Source: Clostridia bacterium | GTDB lineage: Bacteria; Bacillota; Clostridia; Christensenellales; Aristaeellaceae | Reading direction: 5' to 3' | NCBI GenBank assembly: GCA_017543905.1 | Contig: JAFYFC010000040.1 | Coordinates: 114,824 to 178,823, forward strand | Length of the DNA stretch: 64,000 bases | Part shown: positions 41,529-51,352 of the stretch, piece after piece | How positions within the stretch are numbered: position 1 is the stretch's first letter | How the letters are laid out: each line of letters begins with the position of its first letter | Program-made: the position numbers and the translations under genes | Notes under the pieces: model-generated | What the model was told of the DNA's origin: nothing | Database searches by the model: none | What the model saw: only the letters and a program-made list of their open reading frames with translations

Positions 41529-42620
41529 ATGTGGTTCGCGCTTTTGACCGTGCTCTGGGCACTCGCTCTGGCGGGTCTGTTTTATATGACAGTGCGCTTT
41601 CATTCCTTCGGCTTCATACGCAGGCTCGTCGAAAAAAGCAGGCTGCTGTCGTGGTGCGCAGCGTTTGGTCTGCTTTCGCCCCTGGCGCTGTTTTTGCTGT
41701 TCAATATATACACTCTCGTCATCGTGCTTCTGCATCTGGTCATATTTACCGCGCTCGTGCAGCTTGCCGCGCGCGCCCTGCGCGCTCTGCGCAAGCGTCC
41801 CGTCAGCCCGAACGCGGTCAATATAACCGCGCTCTGCCTGACGGCCGTGTACGTCGGCTGCGGGTTTTTCGCGGCGTTTCACGTATTCGAAACGGATTAT
41901 TCGTTTAAAACGGACAAGAACATCGGCGGCAGTCTGCGTATAGTCGAAATCGCGGATCTGCACGTCGGCATTACGCAGACGGGCGAAAGCTTCGCCAGAC
42001 AGATACAGCGTGTGAACGCGCTTGATCCCGACGCGGTCATGATAGTGGGCGATTTCGTGGACGACGACAGCTCTAAAGAGGACATGCTGCGCGCGTGCGA
42101 GGCGCTGGGCGAGGTCAAGAGCACATACGGCGTGTATTTCGTGCTCGGCAACCACGACGACGGGTATTTCAATTACAGAGAATTCAGCGGTTCTGAGCTC
42201 AGGCGGCAGCTTGCCGCGCACAACGTGGTCGTGCTCGAAGACGAAGCAGTGTTGGTGGACGGCCGCTTTTACGTGGTCGGCCGCCTGGACAAAAGCATGC
42301 TCAATCGCAAAAGCGCCGCCGAAATAACCGCCGGACTTGACGAAAGCATATACACCGTCATACTCGACCACCAGCCGAACGACTATGCAAACGAAGCCGA
42401 AACGTGCGCGGATCTGGTGCTGTCCGGGCATACGCACGGCGGGCATATTTTTCCGGCAGGCTATATCGGGCTGTGGACGGGCGCTAACGACAGGGTTTAC
42501 GGCACCGAAAACCGAAACGGGGTCGATTTCGTGGTGACCAGCGGAATATCCGGCTGGGCGCTGCCCATAAAAACGGGTACGTTTTCCGAAATCGTGGTCA
42601 TAGACGTCACGCAAATCTGA
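41529..42620 (+). CDS. Membrane-anchored metallophosphoesterase
   Basis: I prefer ATG 41529 (MWFALLTVLW.., RBS GGAGGGG). IADLHVG, GDFVDD, GNHD, GHTHGG. The antisense ORF 41385..42629 is rejected. Confidence 0.8.
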   Translation: MWFALLTVLWALALAGLFYMTVRFHSFGFIRRLVEKSRLLSWCAAFGLLSPLALFLLFNIYTLVIVLLHLVIFTALVQLAARALRALRKRPVSPNAVNITALCLTAVYVGCGFFAAFHVFETDYSFKTDKNIGGSLRIVEIADLHVGITQTGESFARQIQRVNALDPDAVMIVGDFVDDDSSKEDMLRACEALGEVKSTYGVYFVLGNHDDGYFNYREFSGSELRRQLAAHNVVVLEDEAVLVDGRFYVVGRLDKSMLNRKSAAEITAGLDESIYTVILDHQPNDYANEAETCADLVLSGHTHGGHIFPAGYIGLWTGANDRVYGTENRNGVDFVVTSGISGWALPIKTGTFSEIVVIDVTQI

Positions 42621-42632
42621 ACAGCGCACGCA

Positions 42633-42664
42633 AAAACCGCGCCGAAGCGACCCGGCGCGGTTTT
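42633..42664. terminator. Bidirectional intrinsic terminator between convergent genes
   Basis: AAAACCGCGCCG-AAGCGACC-CGGCGCGGTTTT, with an A-tract on one side and a T-tract on the other. Confidence 0.75.
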
Positions 42665-42685
42665 GTGTCTGTCTGATCTATATGC

Positions 42686-42970
42686 TTACTGCTGACGCAG
42701 GGCTGCGAAGCACTCGCTGCAATAGATGGGACGGTCGGACTTGGGAATGAAAGGTACGCGAGTGGGCTTGCCGCACTTTGCGCACACAGTTTCAAACGTT
42801 TCGCGCTCGCCGGAGGCGGTGTTGCGTGCAGCCTTGCGGGCAGCGCGGCAGTCCTTGCAGCGGGTGGGCTCGTTCTGGAAACCCTTCTCGGCGTAGAAAG
42901 CCTGTTCACCGGCAGAGAAGATGAATTCCTTACCGCAGTCCTTGCAAATCAGAGTCTTGTCCTCGTACAT
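42686..42970 (-). CDS. Small zinc-ribbon protein (two CxxC pairs twice)
   Basis: I prefer ATG 42970: MYEDKTLICKDCGKEFIFSAGEQAFYAEKGF.NEPTRCKDCRAARK...VCAKCGKPTRVPFIPKSDRPIYCSECF. 94 aa. Confidence 0.7.
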   Translation of the reverse strand: MYEDKTLICKDCGKEFIFSAGEQAFYAEKGFQNEPTRCKDCRAARKAARNTASGERETFETVCAKCGKPTRVPFIPKSDRPIYCSECFAALRQQ

Positions 42971-43199
42971 GAAATGATACCCCCAAATATTAATGGCCGC
43001 GCGCATCGGCTGACCTGATCTTTGACCCCACACTCGCCGGCTGGGACGTTCGCTCCTAAGCAGCTGCTCCCCACTACTTGCCCTCTCGGTTTTACCGGCC
43101 GGACTTACTTCTAAGCCGCACCATGCTCGCCTGATGTTTCATCTGGTTTACGTGGATCGTTTTGCCTGCGACTGGCTTCGACTTTCAACCACAGACCCG

Positions 43200-43239
43200 A
43201 AAAACGCGCGATTACAGCAATTATACTATAATGCGCGCG
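43200..43239 (-). terminator. Intrinsic terminator after the MBL-fold gene
   Basis: Minus strand CGCGCGCATTA...TAATCGCGCG (10 bp with one bulge) followed by TTTTT. Confidence 0.55.
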
Positions 43240-43248
43240 TATTTTCAA
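43220..43248 (-). promoter_or_regulatory. Candidate promoter TTGAAA-17-TATAAT embedded in the terminator hairpin
   Basis: Minus-strand hexamers at 43248-43243 and 43225-43220. It would give an about 240-nt leader to the zinc-ribbon gene. Confidence 0.45.
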
Positions 43249-43311
43249 GAGTTTTTTTAATGGTTTGCAAAAAAATTTGTCGCTATTTGACCGTATGCGC
43301 GGTAAATCAGC

Positions 43312-43938
43312 TCACTTGCCGGCTATCTTCATAACCGTTACGCCGCTCATTTTCGCTACGTCGAGCTCCTCCTGTTGAGCGTACACGGCGTGAGTAAGCC
43401 GCACGAACTCGCTTTCGTCGGATATGGGGAAACCGCAGTACGCGTTTTTGAAATGCATAGGCACAGCGGCGCGGGGGCGCGCGGCGGACAGTATCTTTAC
43501 CGCTGTCGGCGTGTCTATGGTATAATAGCCTCCCACGGGTATCAGTATCAGATCCGCGCCCGCAATGAACTTAAGCAGCGCGCCGGTTGGATAGTGACCA
43601 AGATCGCCCAAATGCGCGACGCTCTGTCCGTCCGCTTCTATACGGAACACGAGGTTCGCTCCGCGTTTTTTGCCGCCCGCGTCGTCGTGAAACGCCGGAA
43701 AGCTCCTTACTGTAAAGCCGTTTGCGGTCTCGCTGAGCTCGGAGTCGTATACCGAAGGGCTGCCCTTCACCGCATACAGACAGTCGTGGTCGTGATGGTG
43801 ATGGCTTATGCAGACCGCCTCGGCGCTGACGCTGAGCGGCCCGTACCCCACGCTGTCGTCATAAGGATCAGTTACAAGGCGCGTTCCCGCGTTCGACGTA
43901 AGCATGAAACATGCGTGCCCGAGCCACTTTATCTTCAT
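43312..43938 (-). CDS. MBL-fold metal-dependent hydrolase
   Basis: 208 aa: MKIKWLGHACF.., ISHHHHDHD motif. Confidence 0.75.
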   Translation of the reverse strand: MKIKWLGHACFMLTSNAGTRLVTDPYDDSVGYGPLSVSAEAVCISHHHHDHDCLYAVKGSPSVYDSELSETANGFTVRSFPAFHDDAGGKKRGANLVFRIEADGQSVAHLGDLGHYPTGALLKFIAGADLILIPVGGYYTIDTPTAVKILSAARPRAAVPMHFKNAYCGFPISDESEFVRLTHAVYAQQEELDVAKMSGVTVMKIAGK

Positions 43939-43956
43939 CTGATATGCACCCTTTCC

Positions 43957-44319
43957 TTACTGAGTATCGTTTGGGATTTTCCTTAACAGTGTTTCAAGGT
44001 ATTTGGCCTCGTTTGTGCTTTTCGCGCGCAGGCACAGCGCGAGGCACTGTCTGAGCGCTTTTTCCTTTTCGTATCCGCGCGCTTTGAGGTATTTTATATA
44101 CAGCGCGCGCGCTTCGCTTTTAAGCTCATTGAGCGCCGGACTTATATGCATAAGGCCGCCTTTCGCAGATATCTCATAGCCGTCAAGCCTCAGCTCAAAG
44201 TCCTTTTGTCTTGCGGGCGCGTCCGTTACGAACAGCGCCTTTCCCCTGTCCGTACGCAGAAACGCGCTTTCCGGCAGGCGCGGACGTATTTCCGCCGCGT
44301 ATTCGTCAAGCGTCCGCAT
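43957..44319 (-). CDS. Hypothetical protein
   Basis: 120-aa ORF overlapping the nnr 3' end by 14 nt. Codon usage matches the neighbours. No motif recognised. Confidence 0.45.
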   Translation of the reverse strand: MRTLDEYAAEIRPRLPESAFLRTDRGKALFVTDAPARQKDFELRLDGYEISAKGGLMHISPALNELKSEARALYIKYLKARGYEKEKALRQCLALCLRAKSTNEAKYLETLLRKIPNDTQ

Positions 44320-45796
44320 CGTTTATCGCGCGGCCTATGCACTCGATGATATCCTGCGGCAGCATCGAGACCGCCCCGTGCATGCTCTGCGCGAGCTCGC
44401 CCGCCCTGCCGTGCAGCTGGCTTGCCGTCCAGAGCGCCGTCTCAGGTTCAACACCCTGCGCGAGGAGCGCGCCCGTCATGCCTGTGAGCACGTCGCCGCT
44501 GCCGCCCTTCGCCATTCCCACGCAGCCTGAAGCGCTGACGAACAGCCCTTCGCCCTCGATCACGCTCGACGCTCCCTTTACAAGCACGTTAGCGCCAAGC
44601 CTGCTTATTTTCTGCGTATACGTCACGCTGTCAAGGCCCGTCTGGCCCGTAAGGCGCGCGCATTCGCCCGGATGCGGCGTGAGCGCGTGGCGCGCGGAAA
44701 GCAGCTGCTTAAGCTCCGCGCGGGCTGAGATTATGTTGAGCGCGTCCGCGTCCAGCACTGCGGGCAGTGCGCTTTCAAGTACAGCCTTAAGGCATTTTAC
44801 GGACGCGCCCCTTGAAAGCCCCGGGCCCGCCGCTATCGCCGTTTTGCCCTTGAGCGCGCTCAGGAGCGTGTCGAGTGCGGCGTCTGACACGTGTCCGTTT
44901 TCTTCCGCAAGCGGCACGCACATCGCCGAAGGCGCTGAAATCTGGACTATGTCCGTAATCGACGCAGGGCACGCGGCCGTGACCAGTCCCGCGCCCATGC
45001 GCAGCGCCGCCCTTACGCAGAGCACCGCCGCGCCCGCCATGCCGCGCGAGCCGGCGAAAACCAGCAGATGCCCAAAATCGTTTTTGTGCGCCGTGCGCGG
45101 TCTTGCGGGCAGCGCAGACAGCGCGTCGGCGTCCTCGATAAGACGCATGTAGTCGTTTGGCAGCACGGCATCCGGAAGACCTATGTCCCTTACGCGCACG
45201 TCTCCGCATACGTCCGGTCCCCTGCCGAGCAGATGTCCGCGCTTAAGGTACTGAAACGTCACCGTGACGTCCGCGCGCACGCATTCGCCCAAAATCTCTC
45301 CCGTGTCTGACGAAAGACCTGATGGGATATCGCAGCTGACGACGCGCGTGCCGCGCGCCCGGTCTGCATTCATGCGCCGGATAAGCTTTGCAAATTCCCC
45401 CTCGGGCGCGCTTTTGAGCCCCGTGCCGAACACGCAGTCCGCCCAAACCGCCGGGCACGGCAGCGTATCGAGGCACCGGCTGTCTGTCAGCGCAAATACC
45501 GCGTCCTTCGCGAGCTCTCTGTTGGTCAGCGCGTCGGCGTGCTTTGGAAGTCCGCACTCGACGACTACGCAGCGCACGCCTCTTTTCGCAAGCAGCCGCG
45601 CCGCCGCATAGCCGTCGCCGCCGTTTCCGCCCTTACCGCACGCGAAAGCGCAGGTGCCGCCCTCCGGCATCAGCGCGGTGAGCTCGTCCGCCAGCGCCTT
45701 TGCCGCGCGTTCCATAAGCGCAAGAGAGCTTTCTCCCGCTGCAAAAAACCTTTGCTCGCTTTCGCGCATCTGCGCGGCGGTAAGTACCGGCTTCAC
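44306..45796 (-). CDS. nnr: Bifunctional NAD(P)H-hydrate repair enzyme (epimerase + ADP-dependent dehydratase)
   Basis: 496 aa: YjeF_N block CGKGGNGGDGY and carbohydrate-kinase-like C-terminal half with GSGDVLTG. GTGA overlap with the upstream gene. Confidence 0.85.
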   Translation of the reverse strand: MKPVLTAAQMRESEQRFFAAGESSLALMERAAKALADELTALMPEGGTCAFACGKGGNGGDGYAAARLLAKRGVRCVVVECGLPKHADALTNRELAKDAVFALTDSRCLDTLPCPAVWADCVFGTGLKSAPEGEFAKLIRRMNADRARGTRVVSCDIPSGLSSDTGEILGECVRADVTVTFQYLKRGHLLGRGPDVCGDVRVRDIGLPDAVLPNDYMRLIEDADALSALPARPRTAHKNDFGHLLVFAGSRGMAGAAVLCVRAALRMGAGLVTAACPASITDIVQISAPSAMCVPLAEENGHVSDAALDTLLSALKGKTAIAAGPGLSRGASVKCLKAVLESALPAVLDADALNIISARAELKQLLSARHALTPHPGECARLTGQTGLDSVTYTQKISRLGANVLVKGASSVIEGEGLFVSASGCVGMAKGGSGDVLTGMTGALLAQGVEPETALWTASQLHGRAGELAQSMHGAVSMLPQDIIECIGRAINDADA

Positions 45797-46443
45797 TTAT
45801 CCTCGTCCCTTATAACCGTATATCCGCCCAGTATATCGGGCTTGTTCAGCATAGAGTCGCTTTCGTCTATAGCGCGTATCACGCGGCAGGGCACGCCCGC
45901 GGCAAAGCTGTCGTCCGGGATGTCCCGCGTTACCACGCTGCCCGCGCCTATCACGCAGCGGCTGCCTATGGTGACGCCCGGGCACACCACCACGTTCGCG
46001 CCCAGCCAGCAGTCGTCGCCTATATGCACGGGCTTTGCGTAGCACACGTGCTTTTTCTCGCCTTCGGGCGAAAGCATGAACTTGCGCTCGTCCGCACGCA
46101 GCGGATGCACCGGCGTTACTATCGTCACGTTCGGACCGAAATTGCAGTCGTCGCCGATATATACGGGCGCGTCGTCCTGCACTGTCAGGTTAAAGTTGCC
46201 GAAAAAGCGCTTGCCTATGTGCGTATGCACGCCGTAATGAAACGCTATCGGCCCCTGAATAAAGCTGCCCTCGCCGAAATCGCCCAGCAGCGCGCTCAGG
46301 ATTTCGGCGCGCTTTTCCGTTTCGAATTCGTATGTTTTGTTGTAATCCGTGTCGAGATCGTGCGCGCGCAGCTTGATTTTGCGCAGCTCAGTATCCCCCG
46401 GCGCGAACAGCACGCCCTTGAATATCCTGCTTTCCTCGTTCAT
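45793..46443 (-). CDS. Sugar (maltose/galactoside-type) O-acetyltransferase, left-handed beta-helix
   Basis: 216 aa: hexapeptide repeats IGDDCNFGPNVTI, IGDDCWLGANVVVCPGVTIGSRCVIGAGSVV. Confidence 0.85.
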   Translation of the reverse strand: MNEESRIFKGVLFAPGDTELRKIKLRAHDLDTDYNKTYEFETEKRAEILSALLGDFGEGSFIQGPIAFHYGVHTHIGKRFFGNFNLTVQDDAPVYIGDDCNFGPNVTIVTPVHPLRADERKFMLSPEGEKKHVCYAKPVHIGDDCWLGANVVVCPGVTIGSRCVIGAGSVVTRDIPDDSFAAGVPCRVIRAIDESDSMLNKPDILGGYTVIRDEDK

Positions 46444-46461
46444 AATAAGTCTCCGTATTCC

Positions 46462-48012
46462 TTATCTGTTGTACTCGATCCGCGCGGCGGCGCTTTTGTA
46501 GTATGACTTTGCAAGCTCCTCGCGCTTTATTTCGTTGCCCTGCGCGTCGTGATACACGCGGTACGCGACCGCCCTGTAGCCCGTGCGCGCCTCGGACACC
46601 TCGACCTCCGTACCTGCGGGAAGCGAGGTATTCAGTACATACACCGGATCGCCGGGCTTTATGGTATTCGTGGTTTTGGCTTCTACGGTGATCGTCACGC
46701 CGTCCGCAAGCAGCTTTCCGTATATCTCGCAGTACAGCCGCCTGTTTTCGTTGGTATAGCACACGATGTACATAGGCATGTCCGAGGTGTTTTTGAACTT
46801 CATGTCCTGCACGCCCCAGCTTACGGTGGCGTCCTTGCCTCTGTCCACATATGCCACGGGAAGCGAATGCTCGTGCCTTTCGACGTTTTCGCAGTCCGCC
46901 TTCATCGCCGCGTTCCACAGCGTCGTGGACACCTGGCATATGCCGCCGCCCACGTCTTTTGATACCTCGCCGGACGAGTACACGGTAGCTATCTGGTAGC
47001 CCGCCGCCTTCGTGCGCTTGCCGACGGTATCGTTGAAGGAAAACGTCTCTCCCGGGTACAGTATCGTGCCGTTTATCGCGGCGCAGGCAAGCTGGATGTT
47101 GGTTTCCCTTTCCTTGCTGGAGCCGGTCGTGCGCGTTACCGCCTGCGTTATCATACCCACGTGCGAAGCAAGCTCGCTCGTCGTCTGGCTCGGCTCGACG
47201 CGCAGCGTTTCGACCGCCAGCACGCCTCCTCCGCTTTCAAGAAGCGCCGCTGCGTTTTTATAAAGCTCGTCGGCATCGATATAGAAGCCGGGCGCGGACT
47301 GCTCGAACGTGAACTCCCGCCTGTCGAAATCGAAGCCCGTCACGCTCGCCTGCGATACATCTATAGTATACTTGCGTACGAGCGCGTCGATAAACTCACG
47401 CAGCTTCTCCGGGTCGTAGAGCGTGCGCTTTACCTCGTATACCGCGCCTTCTCCCGACGCGTTTATGGAGCGGTAGCGTTCCTCGAGCGTACCGCTTCTG
47501 CCCGCGTGCCACGCCCTTTCGAGCGTTTCGGCGTAATCGCTCTCATAGCCTAGATCCTGCGCGGAAACGAACTCCGTGATGCCCTGCACCTCGAAAAGTA
47601 TCGATCTTTCGGAATACTGCTTTTCGTATTTGTCCGCCCAGACCGCGAGCATGTCTGAATAGCTGTAGCCCGATACGTCTATATTGTCTATCACAGTGCC
47701 GGCATAGAAGCCTTCGTTCTGCACAGCGGTTTTCATTTTGCGAAATCTGTCGAAATTTCTGACCTCGCCCGCCGCAAGCAGACATACGAACATTACGATT
47801 ACCAGTCCCGAAACCGCGACGGGCAGCGCCCACCAGCAGCTTGGTTTTTTGTGTTTTTTTGAAGCGGTACGCGCGCGCTGCCTGCCGGACGCTTTGCCCG
47901 CGCGATTCCCTGTGGAACGCGTGCGCTTCGGCGCGAGCGTACCCGGTTTTTCATGCCGTTTATCAGAGCCTGCCGCTTCGTGCGGCGAATACTGTTTTGC
48001 GTTATCGGTCAT
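46462..48012 (-). CDS. VanW family protein (with G5-like C-terminal domain)
   Basis: I prefer ATG 48012 (MTDNAKQ.., RBS GGAG 6 nt upstream). TM anchor. VanW block GYQIATVYSSGEVSKDVGGGICQVSTTLWNAAM. Confidence 0.8.
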   Translation of the reverse strand: MTDNAKQYSPHEAAGSDKRHEKPGTLAPKRTRSTGNRAGKASGRQRARTASKKHKKPSCWWALPVAVSGLVIVMFVCLLAAGEVRNFDRFRKMKTAVQNEGFYAGTVIDNIDVSGYSYSDMLAVWADKYEKQYSERSILFEVQGITEFVSAQDLGYESDYAETLERAWHAGRSGTLEERYRSINASGEGAVYEVKRTLYDPEKLREFIDALVRKYTIDVSQASVTGFDFDRREFTFEQSAPGFYIDADELYKNAAALLESGGGVLAVETLRVEPSQTTSELASHVGMITQAVTRTTGSSKERETNIQLACAAINGTILYPGETFSFNDTVGKRTKAAGYQIATVYSSGEVSKDVGGGICQVSTTLWNAAMKADCENVERHEHSLPVAYVDRGKDATVSWGVQDMKFKNTSDMPMYIVCYTNENRRLYCEIYGKLLADGVTITVEAKTTNTIKPGDPVYVLNTSLPAGTEVEVSEARTGYRAVAYRVYHDAQGNEIKREELAKSYYKSAAARIEYNR

Positions 48013-49330
48013 TATCGTCTCCGCTTTGTTTGCGAGCATTCATGCTTTCTTTTATATGTTTTTCGTTTCCCATTTCGCTCGGCTCGTAATATGGGAAGCC
48101 GCCCGCGTCTATGGGTTTGTATACCTGATTTATCCAGTGCCCCGGGAAATCGTGCGGATACAGATACCCCACTCCGCTTCCCAGCCGCGTGTGTCCTTTA
48201 TAGCTGGTGTCGCGCAGATGCACGGGCACCTGCTCGTAGCCGCCCTTCTGCGCGTCTGCCTGAGCCCTGTCTATAGCCATTACGACCGAATTCGATTTCG
48301 GGCTTTCGCAAACCGTGATTATCGCCTGCGTTATCGGCAGCCGCGCCTCCGGCATACCTATCGCCTCCAGCGCCGTCCATGCAGCAGCGGCGGTCAGCAT
48401 GGCGTTCGGATTTGCAAGCCCCACGTCCTCGCTTGCGTGCGCGATGACGCGCCTTACGATTATCCTGGGGTCCACTCCCGCGTACAGCATGCGCGCAAAC
48501 CACGCCAGTGCCGCGTCGCTGTCGCTGCCGCGCAGAGATTTGCAAAATGCGCTGAGCATGTCGTAATACAGGCTCTCGTCCATGCGCATTACGGGCTTCT
48601 GTATAGAGTCCTCCGCGACGGACAGGTCTATGTGTATGCTGCCGTCGCGGTTTACGGGCGTAGACAGCACCGCGATCTCAAGCGCGTTAAGGGCGCTTCT
48701 GACGTCTCCGCCAGCGACAATAGCTATATGGCGCGCCGCGTCCTCGTCCAGCGTCACTACGCGGTCGCCGTAGCCGTTTTCCCTGTCGCTTACGGCGTTG
48801 TACAGCGCCTTTATAACCTGCTCGTCCGTAAGCGCCTCGAACCTGAACAGGCGGCAGCGGCTCACGATCGCGGGCGTCATAGCTATCATGGGGTTTTCCG
48901 TGGTGGAGCCGATAAAGCGCACCACGCCCTGCTCTATCGCCGGAAGTATCGAATCCGACTGCGCCTTATTCCAGCGGTGACATTCGTCGAGCAGGAGATA
49001 CGTGGGACGTCCGTACATCCTGCGCCTGTCCTCCGCGCGCGCGAGCACCTCTCTTACGTCGCTTACGCCGCTGGTTACGGCGTTCAGCTTTTCAAAAGCG
49101 GCGCTGGTGGTCTGCGCTATTATATACGCGAGCGTCGTCTTGCCCGTGCCGGGCGGTCCCCAGAAAATCGCGCTCGTAAGGCGGTCGGCCTCTATCGCGC
49201 GGCGCAGCAGCTTTCCCCTGCCGACGATTTGCTCCTGCCCCAAAAAGCCGTCGAGGGTTTTGGGGCGCATCCGGTCGGCGAGCGGCGACAGGCGCTTCGT
49301 ATCCATCGCCGCACTGAACAGATCATCCAT
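48002..49330 (-). CDS. rarA: Replication-associated recombination protein A (AAA+ ATPase)
   Basis: 442 aa: FWGPPGTGKTTLA, LLLDECHRWNK, MgsA C-terminal region with YLYPHD. Confidence 0.9.
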   Translation of the reverse strand: MDDLFSAAMDTKRLSPLADRMRPKTLDGFLGQEQIVGRGKLLRRAIEADRLTSAIFWGPPGTGKTTLAYIIAQTTSAAFEKLNAVTSGVSDVREVLARAEDRRRMYGRPTYLLLDECHRWNKAQSDSILPAIEQGVVRFIGSTTENPMIAMTPAIVSRCRLFRFEALTDEQVIKALYNAVSDRENGYGDRVVTLDEDAARHIAIVAGGDVRSALNALEIAVLSTPVNRDGSIHIDLSVAEDSIQKPVMRMDESLYYDMLSAFCKSLRGSDSDAALAWFARMLYAGVDPRIIVRRVIAHASEDVGLANPNAMLTAAAAWTALEAIGMPEARLPITQAIITVCESPKSNSVVMAIDRAQADAQKGGYEQVPVHLRDTSYKGHTRLGSGVGYLYPHDFPGHWINQVYKPIDAGGFPYYEPSEMGNEKHIKESMNARKQSGDDNDR

Positions 49331-50180
49331 TTATTCCATCCTCCGGCAGCGCGCTGTACACGCTTACCGTTACGAGCACCAGCGCGCAGCCTATAAGTCC
49401 CAGCGTATCGGGCCGCTCTCCCACGATGAGGAACACCCATACCGGGTTCAGCACCGGCTCGAGGTTTTCAAGCACGGCCGCGCTCACGGGCGAGGCGTAC
49501 TTAAGCCCTATGCCGAGCAGTAAATACCCCAGTCCCAGCGATACGCCCATTGCGGCTGCAAGCAGCCAGTCGCTTATGTGCGCAGCGTCCGCCTTTACCG
49601 CCGGATCGAAAAACGCGCTTGCCGCGAACAGCACCGCCAGCAGGTTTCCAAGGTACGTATAATCCACGCTGTCGGCGTCCTTCATGCGCGAGGCTATGAA
49701 CACGAACGCATACGTCAGTCCCGATATAAGCCCGATTATGTTGCCAAGCGCCGCTTTGGGCAGCTTTTCCGCGCCCGCGTTTTCGCCCGCGCAGCAGAGT
49801 ATCACGCCCGCAAGCAGTACAGGCACCGTTATTATCTGCTTGATGGACGGCTTTGTCCGAAACAGCAGATAATTGAGTATTATCACGTACACCGGCATGG
49901 AGTACTGCAGCACTATCGCGTTCGCGGAGGTGGTAAACTGCAGCGCCGTCATGTACAGAAGGCTCGTCGCCGTAACGCCGACGGCGCCTGTCAGCGTGCC
50001 CCGCGTCAGCTTTACTTTAAAGCTTCTGCGCGCGGCTGCGTATATGAACACCGCCACCACCGCGCGCACTCCCGCCTTTGAAAACGCGTTCCATGCGAAA
50101 TTTTTGCTGAGCACGCCCGAAAAGCTCCAGCACACTGCGGACGCGACGACTATCAGCGCGCCTTTGGTCGTTTTACGCAT
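49323..50180 (-). CDS. DMT superfamily (EamA-like) transporter
   Basis: 285 aa, about 10 hydrophobic helices in two EamA-like halves. Confidence 0.75.
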   Translation of the reverse strand: MRKTTKGALIVVASAVCWSFSGVLSKNFAWNAFSKAGVRAVVAVFIYAAARRSFKVKLTRGTLTGAVGVTATSLLYMTALQFTTSANAIVLQYSMPVYVIILNYLLFRTKPSIKQIITVPVLLAGVILCCAGENAGAEKLPKAALGNIIGLISGLTYAFVFIASRMKDADSVDYTYLGNLLAVLFAASAFFDPAVKADAAHISDWLLAAAMGVSLGLGYLLLGIGLKYASPVSAAVLENLEPVLNPVWVFLIVGERPDTLGLIGCALVLVTVSVYSALPEDGING

Positions 50181-51108
50181 CTACTCTGTTCAATCTTTCT
50201 CCGTTTATGAACGCTCTTATGTTGTTGACCGCCGTGTTCATGAGCCGCACTCTCGCTTCGTAGGGCGCCCACGCTATATGCGGCGTAAGCAGCACGTTCG
50301 GCGCTTTGAGCAGCGGATTTGTTCCGAGTATGGGCTCGCGGCTGACTACGTCCGCGCAGAAATACGCGATCTTTCCGCTTGCAAGCGCGTCGCAGACCGC
50401 CTGCTCGTCTATAAGACCGCCCCGCGCCGTGTTTATAAGCCATACGCCCGGCTTCATGCGGTTTATCGCGTCCGCGTTTATCATGCCCGCGTTGTCCGGC
50501 TTGAGAGGGCAGTTTAATGAGATTATGTCGCTGTCGCATATGATGCCCTCCAGCACGCTTTTGTCGCATTTTGAGGGCGAATAGCCCGTTACCTGCATAC
50601 CGAAGGCGCGTCCTATTTCGGCTACGCGCGAGCCTATCGCGCCCATGCCTATTATGCCCAGCTTCTTTCCGCTAATTTCGGTGAGCGGTTCGTTCCAGAA
50701 GCAGAAATCCGCCGAGCGTTCCCACTGTCCCGCTCTGACGGCGCGCGCGTGCGCGCCCACGTGCGAAGCGCATTCGAGTATGAACGCGAATACGAGCTGC
50801 GCGACGCTTTCGGTGGAATACGCGGGTATGTTGGTGACCGCGATTTTGCGTCTGCCCGCGGCGGTAACGTCTATTACATTGTAGCCGGTAGCCAGCACGC
50901 CTATATACTTAAGAGACGGCAGCGCGTCCATAACGTCCGCACCGATCACGCATTTATTAGTAAGCACGGCGTCCGCGCCCGTGCAGCGCGGGATTATTTC
51001 TTCCGGTTTGGTTCTGTCGTAAACCGTAAGCTCCCCCATTTTCGCCATTTCGTCCCAGGATATGTCTCCGGGATTTGCTGCATATCCGTCCAGCACGCAT
51101 ATTTTCAT
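50173..51108 (-). CDS. D-isomer-specific 2-hydroxyacid dehydrogenase (glycerate dehydrogenase-like)
   Basis: 311 aa: NAD fold GIIGMGAIGSRVAEIG, INTARGGLID, TPHIAW. Confidence 0.85.
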   Translation of the reverse strand: MKICVLDGYAANPGDISWDEMAKMGELTVYDRTKPEEIIPRCTGADAVLTNKCVIGADVMDALPSLKYIGVLATGYNVIDVTAAGRRKIAVTNIPAYSTESVAQLVFAFILECASHVGAHARAVRAGQWERSADFCFWNEPLTEISGKKLGIIGMGAIGSRVAEIGRAFGMQVTGYSPSKCDKSVLEGIICDSDIISLNCPLKPDNAGMINADAINRMKPGVWLINTARGGLIDEQAVCDALASGKIAYFCADVVSREPILGTNPLLKAPNVLLTPHIAWAPYEARVRLMNTAVNNIRAFINGERLNRVDA

Positions 51109-51323
51109 AAATAAAGTCTCCTGCCGAATTATGCATATATTATCACAGTCTCCATTTTACCGCGTAAAGCCGCCCGTGTCAATAATCCCGAAAAAAACAT
51201 TTGCATGCGGCGGCGAACGGGGGCAGTTTCCGGTTGCAGACGCAACGCGCAATGTTATTTACATATGACAAATCGTTCAAATTTTTCTGTCGCATTGTTC
51301 ATAGATTTTTAGCCGCTTTGAAT

Positions 51324-51352
51324 TTGATTTTGGCACAGCGCGCACTTATAAT
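51324..51352 (+). promoter_or_regulatory. Promoter TTGATT-17-TATAAT upstream of nrdD
   Basis: Hexamers at 51324-51329 and 51347-51352. Confidence 0.5.

Noticed and set aside
42971-43210. Tried to identify the GC-rich leader as SRP RNA, 6S RNA, RNase P, tmRNA, or a ZTP, fluoride, c-di-GMP or NiCo riboswitch
   Set aside because: Only short chance similarities appeared (for example ATCAGGTCAGCC against the SRP helix-8 region, and GCTGCTTAG against the fluoride motif). No full set of conserved elements was present. It is reported as unassigned rather than named.
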